Origin: Phyllosticta citribraziliensis
Taxonomy: Eukaryota
Assembly: GCF_038025025.1 (NCBI RefSeq)
Contig: NW_027117342.1
Location: 310,001 to 374,000 of the forward strand
Length of the DNA stretch: 64,000 bases
Direction: 5' to 3'
The notes under the pieces were generated by a model. The model was not told the DNA's origin. It saw only the letters and a program-made list of their open reading frames with translations, and made no database searches. The first letter of the stretch is position 1, and each line of letters opens with the position of its first letter. Positions 36,862-50,088 of the stretch are shown here, in pieces. The position numbers and the translations under genes were made by a program.

Positions 36862-38512
36862 CCGATTCTGAAGAGGCGGACAGGACAGGCAGGGCGTTCA
36901 TCAGTTGGTGTTTGGAGGCGTTTGGTTGGGCGGTCGTCTCGCATCGTATTTCTTTGGGCTGAATTGAATTTTTCTTGGGGGACGACTTCGACGACGACGA
37001 CGCTGCGCTGCTGCCTTGGTCTTTCAAAACGTCACGCTTTTTTCGCCTCCTCCTTCCCGCTACGCTCCGCTACGCTACGTATTTTTCCATCATCGTTGAC
37101 GGCGCGCAGCATATCATTGTTTTTTGGTTTGGTTGCGGGTGGAATGGCGGAGGGCATTTGGACAAAAGCTCCACTAGATTAATTAGTCGAATTCGAGAGA
37201 CTCTTCATTCTTAACCTGCAGCACTGCCTACCTACCATCTTTGAGATCGGGGTTCGGTTCTTACGACAGATGTCATCTCATCATCCGTGCCTACGTGACC
37301 GACCACCACATACACAACGAAAATAGCATCGACACAGCACCACGCGTCCACACACGCACAGCACCAAAGCAGCTTCCCATCCACCCTCCCTCCAATCTCG
37401 CCTCCCCCCTCCCCAACAAGGCGTCCCGCACCACCCGACAACAACACGCCCCAAACCGTCTTCACGCAATCTTCGCGCCTGTCGATCCGCATAGCAGACG
37501 CTTGTGCCCGCCCGCCCGCACAGACGGCGATGACGCGCGCGATGGGCAAACTCTAATTTACTCGGGACGAGCAGCGCGCACGAGCGAGCGAGCGAGCGAG
37601 GGCTGCACGGGCGGTGCGAGTCGTCATTAAGCGTCTATGCGCGGGTGGTGATCACGCGGCGTTGTTGTTGTTTAGGTCGTGCGTGGGTGCGTGCGTGCGT
37701 GGGTTGAGACTTGTTGTTTCTTGTCTGGTTCGTGGACTCGCGCGTCTACATGTGTGTGTGGGACGTCTCAGTCTGAAGGGAACATGTCTGGCTTCACGAA
37801 TGTGCGAGCGGCGCTGGCTGAAGCGTGCGAGGGGCGTCGACATCAGCGATGTTTCTGTGCTCGTCTACTCATGTAGGTAACCGAGTGCTATCTTGATTCT
37901 TTACGCTCATCGCGCGGTTTTGCGTACAAATATTAGAGAGGAAAGGCAGGGCGTTGCTGGCCGTCACATGTGCAAAGAGCTTGCCACGCGGCCAAGCGCT
38001 GCGTCAACCGACGCCGTTTCAAACCCGCTGCTACAGGTGCTCGAACCGTGGTTACAAGGCAGGCAGACTTGTTGGTTGGCTTGACGGACTCAAGAGCACA
38101 TCCGTCAGGGATGGATGGACAGATGGTACGTGGATGACGGCGAATGGAGGGCAGGAAAGGGGTCGGTTCCAAGATTGTGGGAGAGCGAGGGTGGAGAGAG
38201 ATATACATATTCTACCTTGCCGCCACGCGCATTGGTGGCGTCTTTGCGAATACCGGGTTGACAAGCAGACGGACGGTGGGTTGAAAGGGGTTGGTTCGGT
38301 TGGAGGCAATTCCCGCTCCGCTCCGTCCCGCTGTTGTTTGCTTATGCCAAGACTCCGCTCCCACTGCTTGCTTGGTGCTCCGCCCGCCTGCACCGCACGC
38401 ATCACCTTAGTACATTCGCAGACCACCTATACCCGCAGTCTTTACGCCTTCAACCAGCCAGAATCAACCTTCTCTTCCCCTGTCTCCCCTTCTTTTTCGC
38501 GTCGTCTCCACC

Positions 38513-39580
38513 ATGCCATCATCATCGCCCTCATCACCGTTGCCCAGCCAAATAAAATCCAAGCCCGCCGCAACATGGCTCGTCATCGCCATTGCGAGCG
38601 GCGCCTGCGCAGCCTTCAACGGCGTTTTTGCTAAACTGTAAGCTCGCTCCATCCACACATGCTTCATCTTTCTGCCGTGTATTTGAAATCGTGGTTTGGA
38701 ACGTCATCTTGCAAAGACAATCCCGTCCATGGAGAAGGACGCGCGTGGCGCTCGCTGGTACTTCCTGGTATTTTATATGCGCGTGCACGTGCAAAAGAGA
38801 GGATAGATGGATATAGAGAGAAGAAGGCTGATGTGCGAGGACGTTTTAGGACAACGACGACGCTGACGGGTAGTTGGGCGAGCGGCGTGTCGCATCTGCT
38901 CGGGCTGGGCGAGGAGAACAAGGTGGTTGAGTTTGCGGTGCGCGGTGTACGTTGTCTTTCTCTCCTCTCCTCTCAGTCACTCGTCTATTCTCTTTGCTCG
39001 TGGATCGTTTCGTGTTGTTTTATACTCCACGACTGTCTCTTTTTCTATTTCAGCTGTCTACATCTACCACCAATCCGCCCACTTAACTTGCCCAACCAAA
39101 CCCAACCCCATCACCCCTTGCCCTCTATCCACAGCAAACAAGCACATCCCACTGACCACCCCATCCCGCACGCAACAGTTCTTCTTCCTCCTGAACCTCC
39201 TCTTCAACGCCATCATGTGGGCCCTCTTCACGCGCGCCCTGACCCTCGCCTCCTCGACCGTGCGCGTCTCCATCATCAACACGAGCGCCAACTTCATGCT
39301 GACGGCCCTGCTCGGCGCCCTCATCTTCTCCGAGTCCCTGCCCGGCATCTGGTGGCTCGGCGCCGCCATGCTGGTCGCCGGGAGCGTCGTCATTGGCCGC
39401 CGCGACGAGAGCGGTGACGATGGCGAGGGGAAGGCGGCCGGGGCGAGGGCAAGGGAGGATGTGCTTGTGGAGGGCGAGGCGCAGCCGTTTTTGGACGAGC
39501 CCGGTGCGGGTGTTGCCGATGAGGTGGAGTTGGAGCCGGTGGATGAGGATGTGGACGGTGTGTTGGCGGGGCCGAAGTAA
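38513..39580 (+). CDS. TMEM42-like (EamA/DMT superfamily) small membrane protein
   Basis: Exons 38513-38637, 38850-38946, 39179-39580. WLVIAIASGACAAFNGVFAKL..NAIMWALFTRAL..SIINTSANF..FSESLP..WWLGA. Confidence 0.85.
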
Positions 39581-39754
39581 GGATGATGTAGCAGAGGCAA
39601 CGAGAAGAAGCATGGAAATGAATCATTTAGAAGGCAGCGATAGATGAGCTCAAGTATAGTAATTCTTCTTCACATGCCCAGGGTATGAAATTAGACCTCG
39701 AAAAACCAAACCAACGCCGCGAGATTTCCCTCATATGCCGCTGGCTCGCTTTTT

Positions 39755-41163
39755 TTATTTGCCCAGAGTCCAGTCCTTGTACGACCACTTCTCCGTCACC
39801 TCGACCCGCTTCTTCTTGTGCTGCATCGGTCTCCGCGACTCGATCTTGCCGTTGATGATCATGTTGCGGAACCGATCCTTGACCAGGTTGCCCTCGGGCT
39901 TGAGCAGGCGCAGCGAGTCTTGCAGCTCGTCCGGGAGGACGACCTCAAGCGGTGCTTCGGGGATCCTGGGGGACACGTCAGTAGAGGGTTTTGCTGGGAG
40001 AGGGGATGAGAGTAACGTACGGTGCCTTGCCGAATCTCCGCCTCCTGAGGCCCTCCTCCTCGCCTGCAGATGATTCGTCGTCGGCGTTGGCAAGCTTCAA
40101 CTGCTCGGCCTTTTGCTTCTCCCTCTCCTCCACCTCCTTGGCGATGATCTTGATCTGCTCCTGCTGCTGCTGCTTCTTCTTCGCTTGGGCCTCCCACTTG
40201 GCTTTCCTCTCAGCTTCCTTTCTCCGCTCGACCTTCTTCCTCTGCTGCGGCGTCTTGCGGTCCGGTCGCTTCTTCTTCAACTCGGAGCCCTCGGCCTCGC
40301 TCTGGATGCCCTCCCACTCGCTCTCCCATGCGCTTTCGTCGCCGGACTCCGGGTCGGATTGGGCAGCAATGGCGGCCGCGCGCTCCTGGCGCAACCTCTC
40401 CCGCTCGACCTCTTCAAGACGCTTCTTCTCGTCGTCGACCGCCTTTTGGCCCTCGCGCTCGAGCAGCTCGTTCCAGTCGTCAAACACAGGGTTGTAGCTC
40501 TTGCCCGCCTCGGGCTTTTGCACGGCTGGGAACGGCTTGCCGCTCGCAGACAGCGCGATTGGCGCATGCTTCAAAGTCTCTGGCGCCCGAATAGGCTTCT
40601 TCTCGGGGATGAACGAGAAGCGCGGGTCTTGCTTCTTCTCCTGGATTGCCCATGGGTCGTGGGTCGGTGTGCCGTCCACCTGCACGACATCCTTCTCCGC
40701 CGCGTCGCCACCATGCGCAATGGCCTTGAGCCTCTCGAGCTCCTTGTGCGAGACGCCGCCCGACCTGCGCTTCTTGCTGCTCGGCTCGAGGATGCCGTTG
40801 GTCACTCGGGAAGAGGAACGCTTGCGCGAGTCGACGGCGGGGACGGCGGAGCGCTGGGCGAGGATCTCGTCGGCCTTGAGGGGCTTGTGGCGTTTCTGGA
40901 TTTCCTTTTTGATGTCGGCAGATCCGACCGTGTCGACCGCAAAGAGCTCGTCGGAGGGTTTCTCGGCAATGACTCCGCTGTTTGTTGTTAGGAGAGGTTT
41001 GGGATTTGGGATTTGGCGATTGCGCTTACCCTTGGATGATTTCTTCGCGCAGGTCGTCGAGGCCGGTGGTGACGTCGGTGACGTCGACATTGCGGCGCCA
41101 GGCCTTTTTGCCCTTCCTCGAGGGCTGCTTGCGGGCAGCGGGGGGGTCTATGGGGGCCGACAT
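39755..41163 (-). CDS. NOP53: 60S biogenesis factor Nop53
   Basis: Exons 41163-41030, 40977-40021, 39965-39755. QPSRKGKKAWRRNVD, LFAVD (Mtr4 arch-interaction-like motif), GKSYNP, LPDELQDSLRLLKPEGNL..DRF, EKWSYKD. Confidence 0.95.
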
Positions 41164-41497
41164 GGTGATGTGCGTCGAGTTGGCTTGATTTTTGCTGCCC
41201 CGGGCTTGAAGGAAAAGTCGATATCGATAAGAGGGCCGGCAGGGTCAAGGCGGTGAGGCACGATCCGGATCCCTGCGACCGGGACGCAAACGGGCGACGG
41301 ATCATGGCCTTTCCACCTGCAGTCCTCCTGACGAACAGTGTCTGAGCACAGAGGCTGTCCGGTGAGCGGTGACCGAGCGGTATCTTGACAGTTGTATAGT
41401 CCCCACACACGCTGCTCTTCTCTGCCCGCCGCCTTTTTCCACCCTTCTCCCCAAGTCTCCCTCCAGTGCGGTCGCAATTCGATCCAGACGCTTCACC

Positions 41498-42424
<927 letters not shown>

Positions 42425-43050
42425 AAGAGTCACGTCTCACGCTCCACGATTCCCCATTCTATCTCACTGTACAAATCCCGGCAGAAGCGCGACCCTTCTG
42501 TACATGCCCCCTTGCGCCTTCCATGCCTGCTTTGGAGGGTATACATTGCAAGCATGGCGTTTCGGTATCTTTAAAAGACCATAGGGAGGTTGGAGATGTT
42601 CTCGAGTGCCACGTCTGTAAGATTTACGAGCCGATGAGATGTCTGATATAGCTTAATGAGAACAACGCATCAAGTACATGCCTATGCTTGGGTTCCAAAT
42701 GACGGTGGAAAACACGTGTAGATGGTTTCGTGATTTGAGTTTTGTATTGAGCGGTGTACCTATTGATACAAAACCTCAAAGCAACCATCAAGTCGTCTTT
42801 GTGGCTGCTACTAAATGGCTCCCATCCGCGCCACCCATTTCTATGCAAGTCTTGCGTGAAAGATTGCCAAGCCCTTCACTCCTGAATATCGTACCATGTA
42901 TTTACAGGACTCGGGTCGTCTACTTCCCCAACCTCGACATGTGCCCGTGCTCCGAACCCTCACTGCGGGTTGCACTCTGGCTCATTCATGTTTGGCCCCG
43001 ATCCGCTAGCCGTCAGATTTGTACCATAGTGGCTTGGATGTAGTCGTGTT

Positions 43051-43686
43051 TTACTCAACAGTAGGCTCCGGCTTCGCGGCGGCCGACTTGCCAATGGGTA
43101 TCGATTTGTCATAGGCGATCATCTCGGCAAGGATATCAAGGATGGGCTAGGCGGTGTGAGCACGAGACTTTGTATTTGGAATCCGACTGGGCACATACCT
43201 TGGGTACGGTCTTGTCGTAAATGGTGACGAGCTCGCCGGGGTTAGGGTAGACCTTGAGGGCCTTGTAGAAGCAGAGGGCAGCGTCGAGCTGGTTAGAGCC
43301 TGTGTCTGGTGTTAGCCGCGGACAGCTGCTGGACGCAGCCATGTGTCGAGCCGTCACGTACCGTCCTGCGACAGCTGCTCGCCGCGCGCAACCTCTTGCA
43401 TAAAGTAGCCCTCGACCTCCTCGGGGTCTTCCTTGGGGAAGCCGTCGTCGTTGACGCGGTCCACGGCCTCGTGGATGCTCTTGCGCTGCTCGACAGCACC
43501 AGCCTCGGCCTCCTCCTTTGCGGCGCGCGCCAGCTTCTTGGACTCGCGCTTCAATGCCTTGCGGAACTCGGCGTCGTTGCGCCTCTTGTAGTCAAAGTAA
43601 AAGGCGTAGGCCACGACGCCGGTGACGACAGCGCCGACACCAGCGATGGTGAGCGTCCGCGAGCTGATGGCTGAGGAGCTGGACAT
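43051..43686 (-). CDS. TOM20: Mitochondrial import receptor Tom20
   Basis: Exons 43686-43362, 43299-43199, 43146-43051. TM then [44 protein letters not shown]. Confidence 0.95.
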
Positions 43687-44029
43687 GGCGGCGGCGGGGA
43701 ATCAACAGTCGTCTGCACCGGGGGCTGCTGTGTGATTGAGCTGGCTGGACAGGACGGGCGGATTGGATGATGTTGGATTGCCGCAAGAGGAAAGCTGGAT
43801 GCCCGGAGACACTTTAGAATTTACGCGGTGGAGGCGGGCGGCCAACCAGGGCAGCGCGCCTCAGGTCGGCACAAGCCGCCGACCCGGCGTCATCCATGCC
43901 CTGCCCTGTCATGTCTCGGCCCGCATTGTCTCCCGTGTCCGTGTCCGTCTCCCTCTCACTTGGGTTCGCTACCTGGACCTCCGCTCCACCTCAACCTCAC
44001 CACCATCTCCCACTCCTCCCTCGCCCGCC

Positions 44030-46234
44030 ATGGAGGACAAAGAAAAGAGCAGCAGGGGCATCTCCCTCCGCCGCAAAAAGGAGCAGCGTCCCAAGATCAG
44101 CGCCCCCAAGCAAATCAGCGGCCCGCTGCCCGCCAACCTCCAGGCTCCAGACATCCCCGACGAGTACCGCAGTCGCAACACGTCCGCCTCCAACGTCTCC
44201 ACCCGCTCCGGTGGTGGCACCCGCCTCGATGCCCCGCGAGAGCGCCCCCAGCCCGCCGGCGGCAAGACGTCAGATCTCGTCAAGAGGAGGTACTCGACCA
44301 GGTTCAATCAGCTCCCAAATGACTACACTGCTGGCGCCCCGCCCGTCCCAGGCCTGCCCAGCAAGCCCAACCAGTACATGCGACCGCCTGTCCCAGAGTC
44401 GAGACCGAGTCAGGAGTCCCGGCGGATCAACGTCGACGTCAAGGCGTTCAAGGACCCCAACTTGAGAGCGGACGAATGCAAGTAATGTGTCCAGAGCCGA
44501 GGGCGCAGAGCTAACGTATGGTAGATGTCGCTGGCATTCTCGCAGACGCGTCTGAAGACGACATTCTCCGCTACCAACAGGACCTCCAGAGGGTCAAGAA
44601 TCGCACCTCCACCGACCTGCAACACAACGTGTATCAGAACCGCACGCAGTTCATCAAGATCAGTAAAGAGGCGGACAAGCTCAAGAGTGAAATGAGGACG
44701 CTCAAGGCTCTCATGTCCGACTTGACCAACACGCTTGGCCAGGCCACCTCGACGTCGGGTGGGCTGCGGGGCACGGATGCCGTTGCTCAACGCAGGGCGA
44801 ACCGCAGCTCGGTTGCCAACCTCGAGGCGTTGTGGAACACGCACCTACAGACGTTGTGGAAGCGAGTCGAGGGCTCTCAAAAGTTTCTGCCGGCCATTCC
44901 TGGACGTCACATTGTCTACGAGTCTGGACGCTGGGTGGAGTTGAACTCGGCCACCTGGAAAGTCCGCAGGAGGGTGCACATGATTCTGCTCAACGACCAT
45001 CTTCTTGTTGCGGCGGAAAAGAAGCAAGGAGACAGGCCTCAGAACCGAGAGGCAAAGCCCAATCAACCTGTTCAGCTTGTTGCGGTGAGATGCTGGCCTC
45101 TGCAGGATGTCCAAATGCTCGACTTGTCGACCAAGACGGCCGGCAAGGGTGAATCAGAGAAGAAACGTGCCAACGACTCCATCAACATTCGTGTGGGCGC
45201 CGAATCTTTCACCTTTGGCAGTCCTGGAAGCGATCAGGTTGAGAAGGCGACTCTTTTGTCATCTTTCAGGAAAGCCACGGAGGATTTGCGTAAAACCAAG
45301 GAGGCCGAGACTGAGGAGCGCAGCAAGACCAATGAGTCTGTCAACTACTATGCCACCAGGGACTTGAGCGTATTGAAAGATCAAGACTTGCTCGAGGGTC
45401 TTGGAGAAAACGCGTTGCAGAACCGGTCAAGCATGTTCCTCGAGGTAGACGGCAAGAGGGAGAGCATCCGCTGGGTGGAGCAGCAGCTTGACGAGCTGGA
45501 CATTGACATTGCGCTGCAGCATTTTGAAAAGGCGGTAGACGAGCTCGACCGTCTTCGGCGAATAGCAAAGAGCATCAAGGGCAACCCGCTGGCTCAGGAG
45601 ATTATAGTCTTCAAGGTCAGCGAGCGGTCCGCCAAACTGGCATCGCTCGTGACGCGGCATCTTCAAGAGACTCATAACCGTCCCAACGAAACCAAGCGGC
45701 ACGTTGACTGGTTGGTCCAGCTGGGCTTTGAGGATAGGGCACGGGAGGCCTACCTCGACGCTCGCAGCACAACAATCAAAAAGCGCACGAGGTACTTCAA
45801 GCCCAACCCAACCTGTCACGACTCGAAACTGACCCAGCGGCAGGCAATGCGTCTTCGACGGCGACCTCCACCACTACATCTACCAGATCTCGTACATCTA
45901 CTTCACCATCATCCGCAACACGGTGGTGACGTACCAGTCGTGCTTCCCGGCGACGATGATGTCGGCGTGCGTCAAGTGGGCCAAGGACCACGTCGACGAC
46001 TTCAACTCGATCCTGTCGCGGCAGCTCAGCACCGTCGACCGCGACAGCGCCACGTGGACCGAGTGCATGCAGCGCGCGCAGAAGCACGGCAGCCTGCTCG
46101 CCGGCGTCGGCCTCGACTTCAAGGACCTCATTGGCAAGGGCATCGGCATGGAGGACTCGGGCATCGATCTGAGCAGTGGCCGTTTTGGCCAGGACGCTGT
46201 TGCTGAGTTGGCGGGTTTGGGCTTGGGGACTTAG
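44030..46234 (+). CDS. EXO84: Exocyst subunit Exo84
   Basis: Exons 44030-44477 (GC donor), 44525-45791, 45844-46234. DLQHNVYQNRTQFIKISKE, VEGSQKFLP, PH domain LLNDHLLVA, LGFEDRAREAYL. Confidence 0.93.
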
Positions 46235-47033
46235 TGTTTGTTGCTGTTTGGGGTGTTGGAGGGCTGGGCATGGTGGGTGGCAAGCGGAGGATCTTTTGTC
46301 TGGTGCATTGCTTGCTCGCATTGGTATGTGGTGTGGTGGATGGAAGCATATAGCATTTAATCTCTGGCTGGCACTGGTAATCGCAGGAATACGCACTTGG
46401 GAGCTGCCGTCGCATCTATCTGCTAAATAAAACCCAGAGCAGTAATGTCGAATATGTAGTTCTTAGTTCAGCAAATCATTATGGTATTCGTCCCACTGCA
46501 CGCCCTTTCCAACCTTTCTCTTCTGTTCGACTGCCCTGTGGAGTTTTTGTGAGGTGGAACGAGTGTACAGTGGGTAGATGCAGATGCAGATGCGCCACGT
46601 AAGAAAATAGGGGTTCAGGGGAAAAGTCAAGCTGCCTCATCGCCGCGGCAGCGGATGAGGAGATGCGGACGGTACGGTACAGTACAGTCAGTTCAGTACA
46701 GTGCATGGATACGGACATATGTACAGTAGTGAAGTACGTGGCAGACGGATACTATTGCGATGAAGACAGATGGACGGTGGATGGTGACAGGATAGTAGAT
46801 GGAGGAAAGGAAGAGGAAAGAAAGAGATGGATGACACGCTAATATCACACAACCCGACCAACTGAACCGACAGCGACTACAATGCCCAATGCCCAATGCC
46901 TACAATACATAGGCGACGCTCGCTCGATCGATTAATCAACCAATCAGCAACCGTGCTTCATTCATACATGCACGCGTGCACCATGGCTCCCTCATCTCGC
47001 GGCTGAATCATCCCATCCACACTCACACGATAC

Positions 47034-49755
47034 CTACTCCTCAACCACCCCTGGCACCACCTCCCCCTTGAGTTCCCCCTCGCCGCCCTCATTCTCGCCA
47101 TGCACATCATCGCCCCCCACGGTGACGCCCTGGCCCTCAAAGTCCCTGGCGCCCTCCTCCCGCGACTCCTTGGAGCGCATGACGCCGCCGGCATTGTCGT
47201 CGCCCGCCAGCGGCGGCAGCACGACGCCGCCGATGAGCGACTTGCGGTGACCGTGGCGCTTCTGGTCCATGGTCTCGGCGACCTCTTCGACGGGCTCGTC
47301 GGCAGGCAGGACGGCACCGCCGCTCGCCGCCGCCGCTGCCGAGGGCGTCGTGGCGGCTGAAGGGGCGAGCGCGTTTGGTGTCGCCGTGTGCGTGCTGCTG
47401 CTGCCAGGAGCTGCTGCGTCGTCTTGTGCGGCGTCCAGACTGACGGCGATTTCGGTGTTGCCGTCACCCGGTGCCGCTGGATCGCCGTCGCTAGTGAATC
47501 CGCGCGCAGCAAGACGACTCGTGACGACTGCCTGACGCAACGTGTCCATGAACGCACGCATCTGGTCAAATTCCAAAACAGTCCCTCGTCGCTCGTTCGG
47601 TGGATGCTGCAACTGCTTGCTGTCGTCATCGTCCTTGGACGACGAAGCCGGTTCAGCCGCCTCGGAAGTGAGGCCGTACAGGACGCTGGCCGCGTCGAGG
47701 CACTTTTCTGCCTGCACGCCGCGGTCCAGTCGCAACCACAAGTCGGCCGCTTGCACGGCCCAGAGCCCTGCTTTGCGCGGCCGTACGCCCCAGCCCATGC
47801 TCCCTACGCCGCGCATGCCGGCATAGCAGTCGCTGGCGCGTTCGGTGAAGAGGGTGCGGCCTATAGGTCCTACGATACCCGGCGATTCGAGGATCCGTTG
47901 GGCCCAGCGCGCGGCATCGTCGCTGGCCGATGAGCCGCGTAGCTTCAGCAGCTCAAGACCAAGAGCAAGGGAACGGAGAGCATGGTATGGTGATCCACAG
48001 CGCGTGTAGTACGAGTAATGCGCGGTTTCGAGCATTTGGTCCATGTTCTCTACTCGCGTCTTGGATGACATGCTGTGCGGGACGAGCAGCGAGCTCACTA
48101 CCGTCATTTCATTGGCGCCAGCATAGTATTTCCAGGCCTTGTCATTGTTGAAGTCGGTGCGGAGAATGTCGTAGGTGCTGGATGCGAGGCGGAAATCGCG
48201 GAGCATAAAGGCGTAGTCGGCGAGCTTGCGCATGATTGCTTCGGCTGTGTCGGGGCGGTAGAAACCTTGGAGAGAATCGTAATTGCTGCCGGACCCGCCC
48301 TGCAGCGGATTCCCAGAACCCCTAGACGAGGATCCAAAGGTCGACCATCGCTTAGATAGGGACATGAAGCGGCCGCTAATGCCCTTTCTACGGGAGGCAA
48401 CTTGCTCGTTCCACGTCATGGCTAGTCGCTCCATAGTTGGGACTATTGACTGCGTCACCAGTTCTCGAACAAATGTTCGAATTGCCGTGGCATCGGATTC
48501 GAATAGACACGGCGTCGGATCCTCAAGCTCCTCTGAAGTTTCTGAAAAAACGTGAGATTCGAGAATGACGCGCGTGGAAAAGGCTCCTACCTCGTTTGTG
48601 AATCTCTGCCAACTCCTCAGATGCAGACAACCACTCGCATAATGGAAGGCGAACCGCATCGTCATCCGACGACACGCACTGAGAACTCCTGAGTCGCAAA
48701 AGATGACAATGCAAACCAAAATGCCGCTTCATCTGGTCGTACAATGCTGTTGACTTGCCAATGTCGTCATTATCCTCGTCGTGCACCAGCACGTAATATC
48801 GTAAATAGTCGTTATTGACCCAAGTCGGAAGCTTCTGGTCTCCTCCGCTGTTGGTGCTGGCATAAAGCCTCCGGAGCTCTTCTATCGGATTGGGATTCCG
48901 GGAACTGATGGCCATTACGCATGCTACTGGATGTGAAAAGGTTTCGTGCGGCGTCATGGGCAATCCTGAGAGCAACCGCCGCAAATATAATCTGTAAAAT
49001 GGAGAGGATGAGCCCGGTGATTCCAGACTTGCCCTCTTAGAATTGAAATAGTTATCCGCTGCGCTCCCCATTTGCATCTCAGCGAAAAAGAGGTGCTTGT
49101 CGACCGCTTCCTCTATAGCTGAAAGGTCCCCACCAACCCTTAGAAAAGATGCGGGCTCTCCCCGGGAATCTATTCGTGGGTTTCCGGGCTCCGTGTCATT
49201 GCTCAAGCGTGGCCGCACGCCCAGAGCGTCCTTCAACCCCGTAAACCGTATGCCAAAATCTTCCCAGCTCCTGCTTGCTCCGACGCTGTCCCGCACGGTG
49301 ACCTTGCCTTGAATTTGCTCCCCATAAGGCCTCATGAGCTCGAGAAAACCCCCTGCGAAGCCTTTTTTCCGGCATATCTCTTCCGTGTCGGTTGATGCAA
49401 GGATTCCCACGTGTGGGACGAATGAGCGGAGTATGAGGGAGCGGAGTTCTTCGCCTACGCCGGAGGAGGTCGATGCAGGGGAGGAAGCCCCATTTCGAGG
49501 TGGAGAGAAGACGGAGCCGGCGACGATGGTAGCTTGCGGAGTCCCGGTGCCAGAGGTCGGAGAAGAAGGGCGCAAAGTGGACGTTGAAGCGAAGAGGGAG
49601 GACAGGGTAGCATTAGAGCGGCGGTAGGGCAGGCTGGAAATGGAGGAGGATATCGAGGCGGCAGAAGGAGAAGAAGCCCGCTTGGCGTAGACAGAGGACG
49701 CATCTACACTGGAGCGGGGCGAGTGCAGAGGCGTCTCATCTCGTGAAGGCGTCAT
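47034..49755 (-). CDS. TRS85: TRAPPIII-specific subunit Trs85/TRAPPC8
   Basis: Exons 49755-48591, 48541-47034. HETFSHPVAC, YLRYYVLVHD, MKRHFG.HCHLL, VASRRKGISGRF, MRKLADYAFMLRD, DKAWKY. Confidence 0.92.
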
Positions 49756-50088
49756 GGGAGCCCTCTGCTGGCCAGTAGCGATGCTATGGCCTCTTGCGGG
49801 GCGCGTTGAGGGGCATGGATTGTCCAAGCCAGACGCGGGATGGGGTCGCAGGTAGAGCTCGGGAGAGGGATCGAGAAGATGCGCGACGGAGACGCCGCAG
49901 GTTGGAGGTGGTTGAGTTGCAGGAGGTGTGCATCGCATCGGCCAGCAAGGCGCTGACGGGCCGACGGGATGTGCCTGCAGATCGCCAACCCGGGATGACG
50001 AACCAGCGGAAGACGTCTACCACTCACTGCCGCCGAGCCCGCCAAAAACTACAACAACAAAGCTCGACGTTGAAGAAACACCACATGG

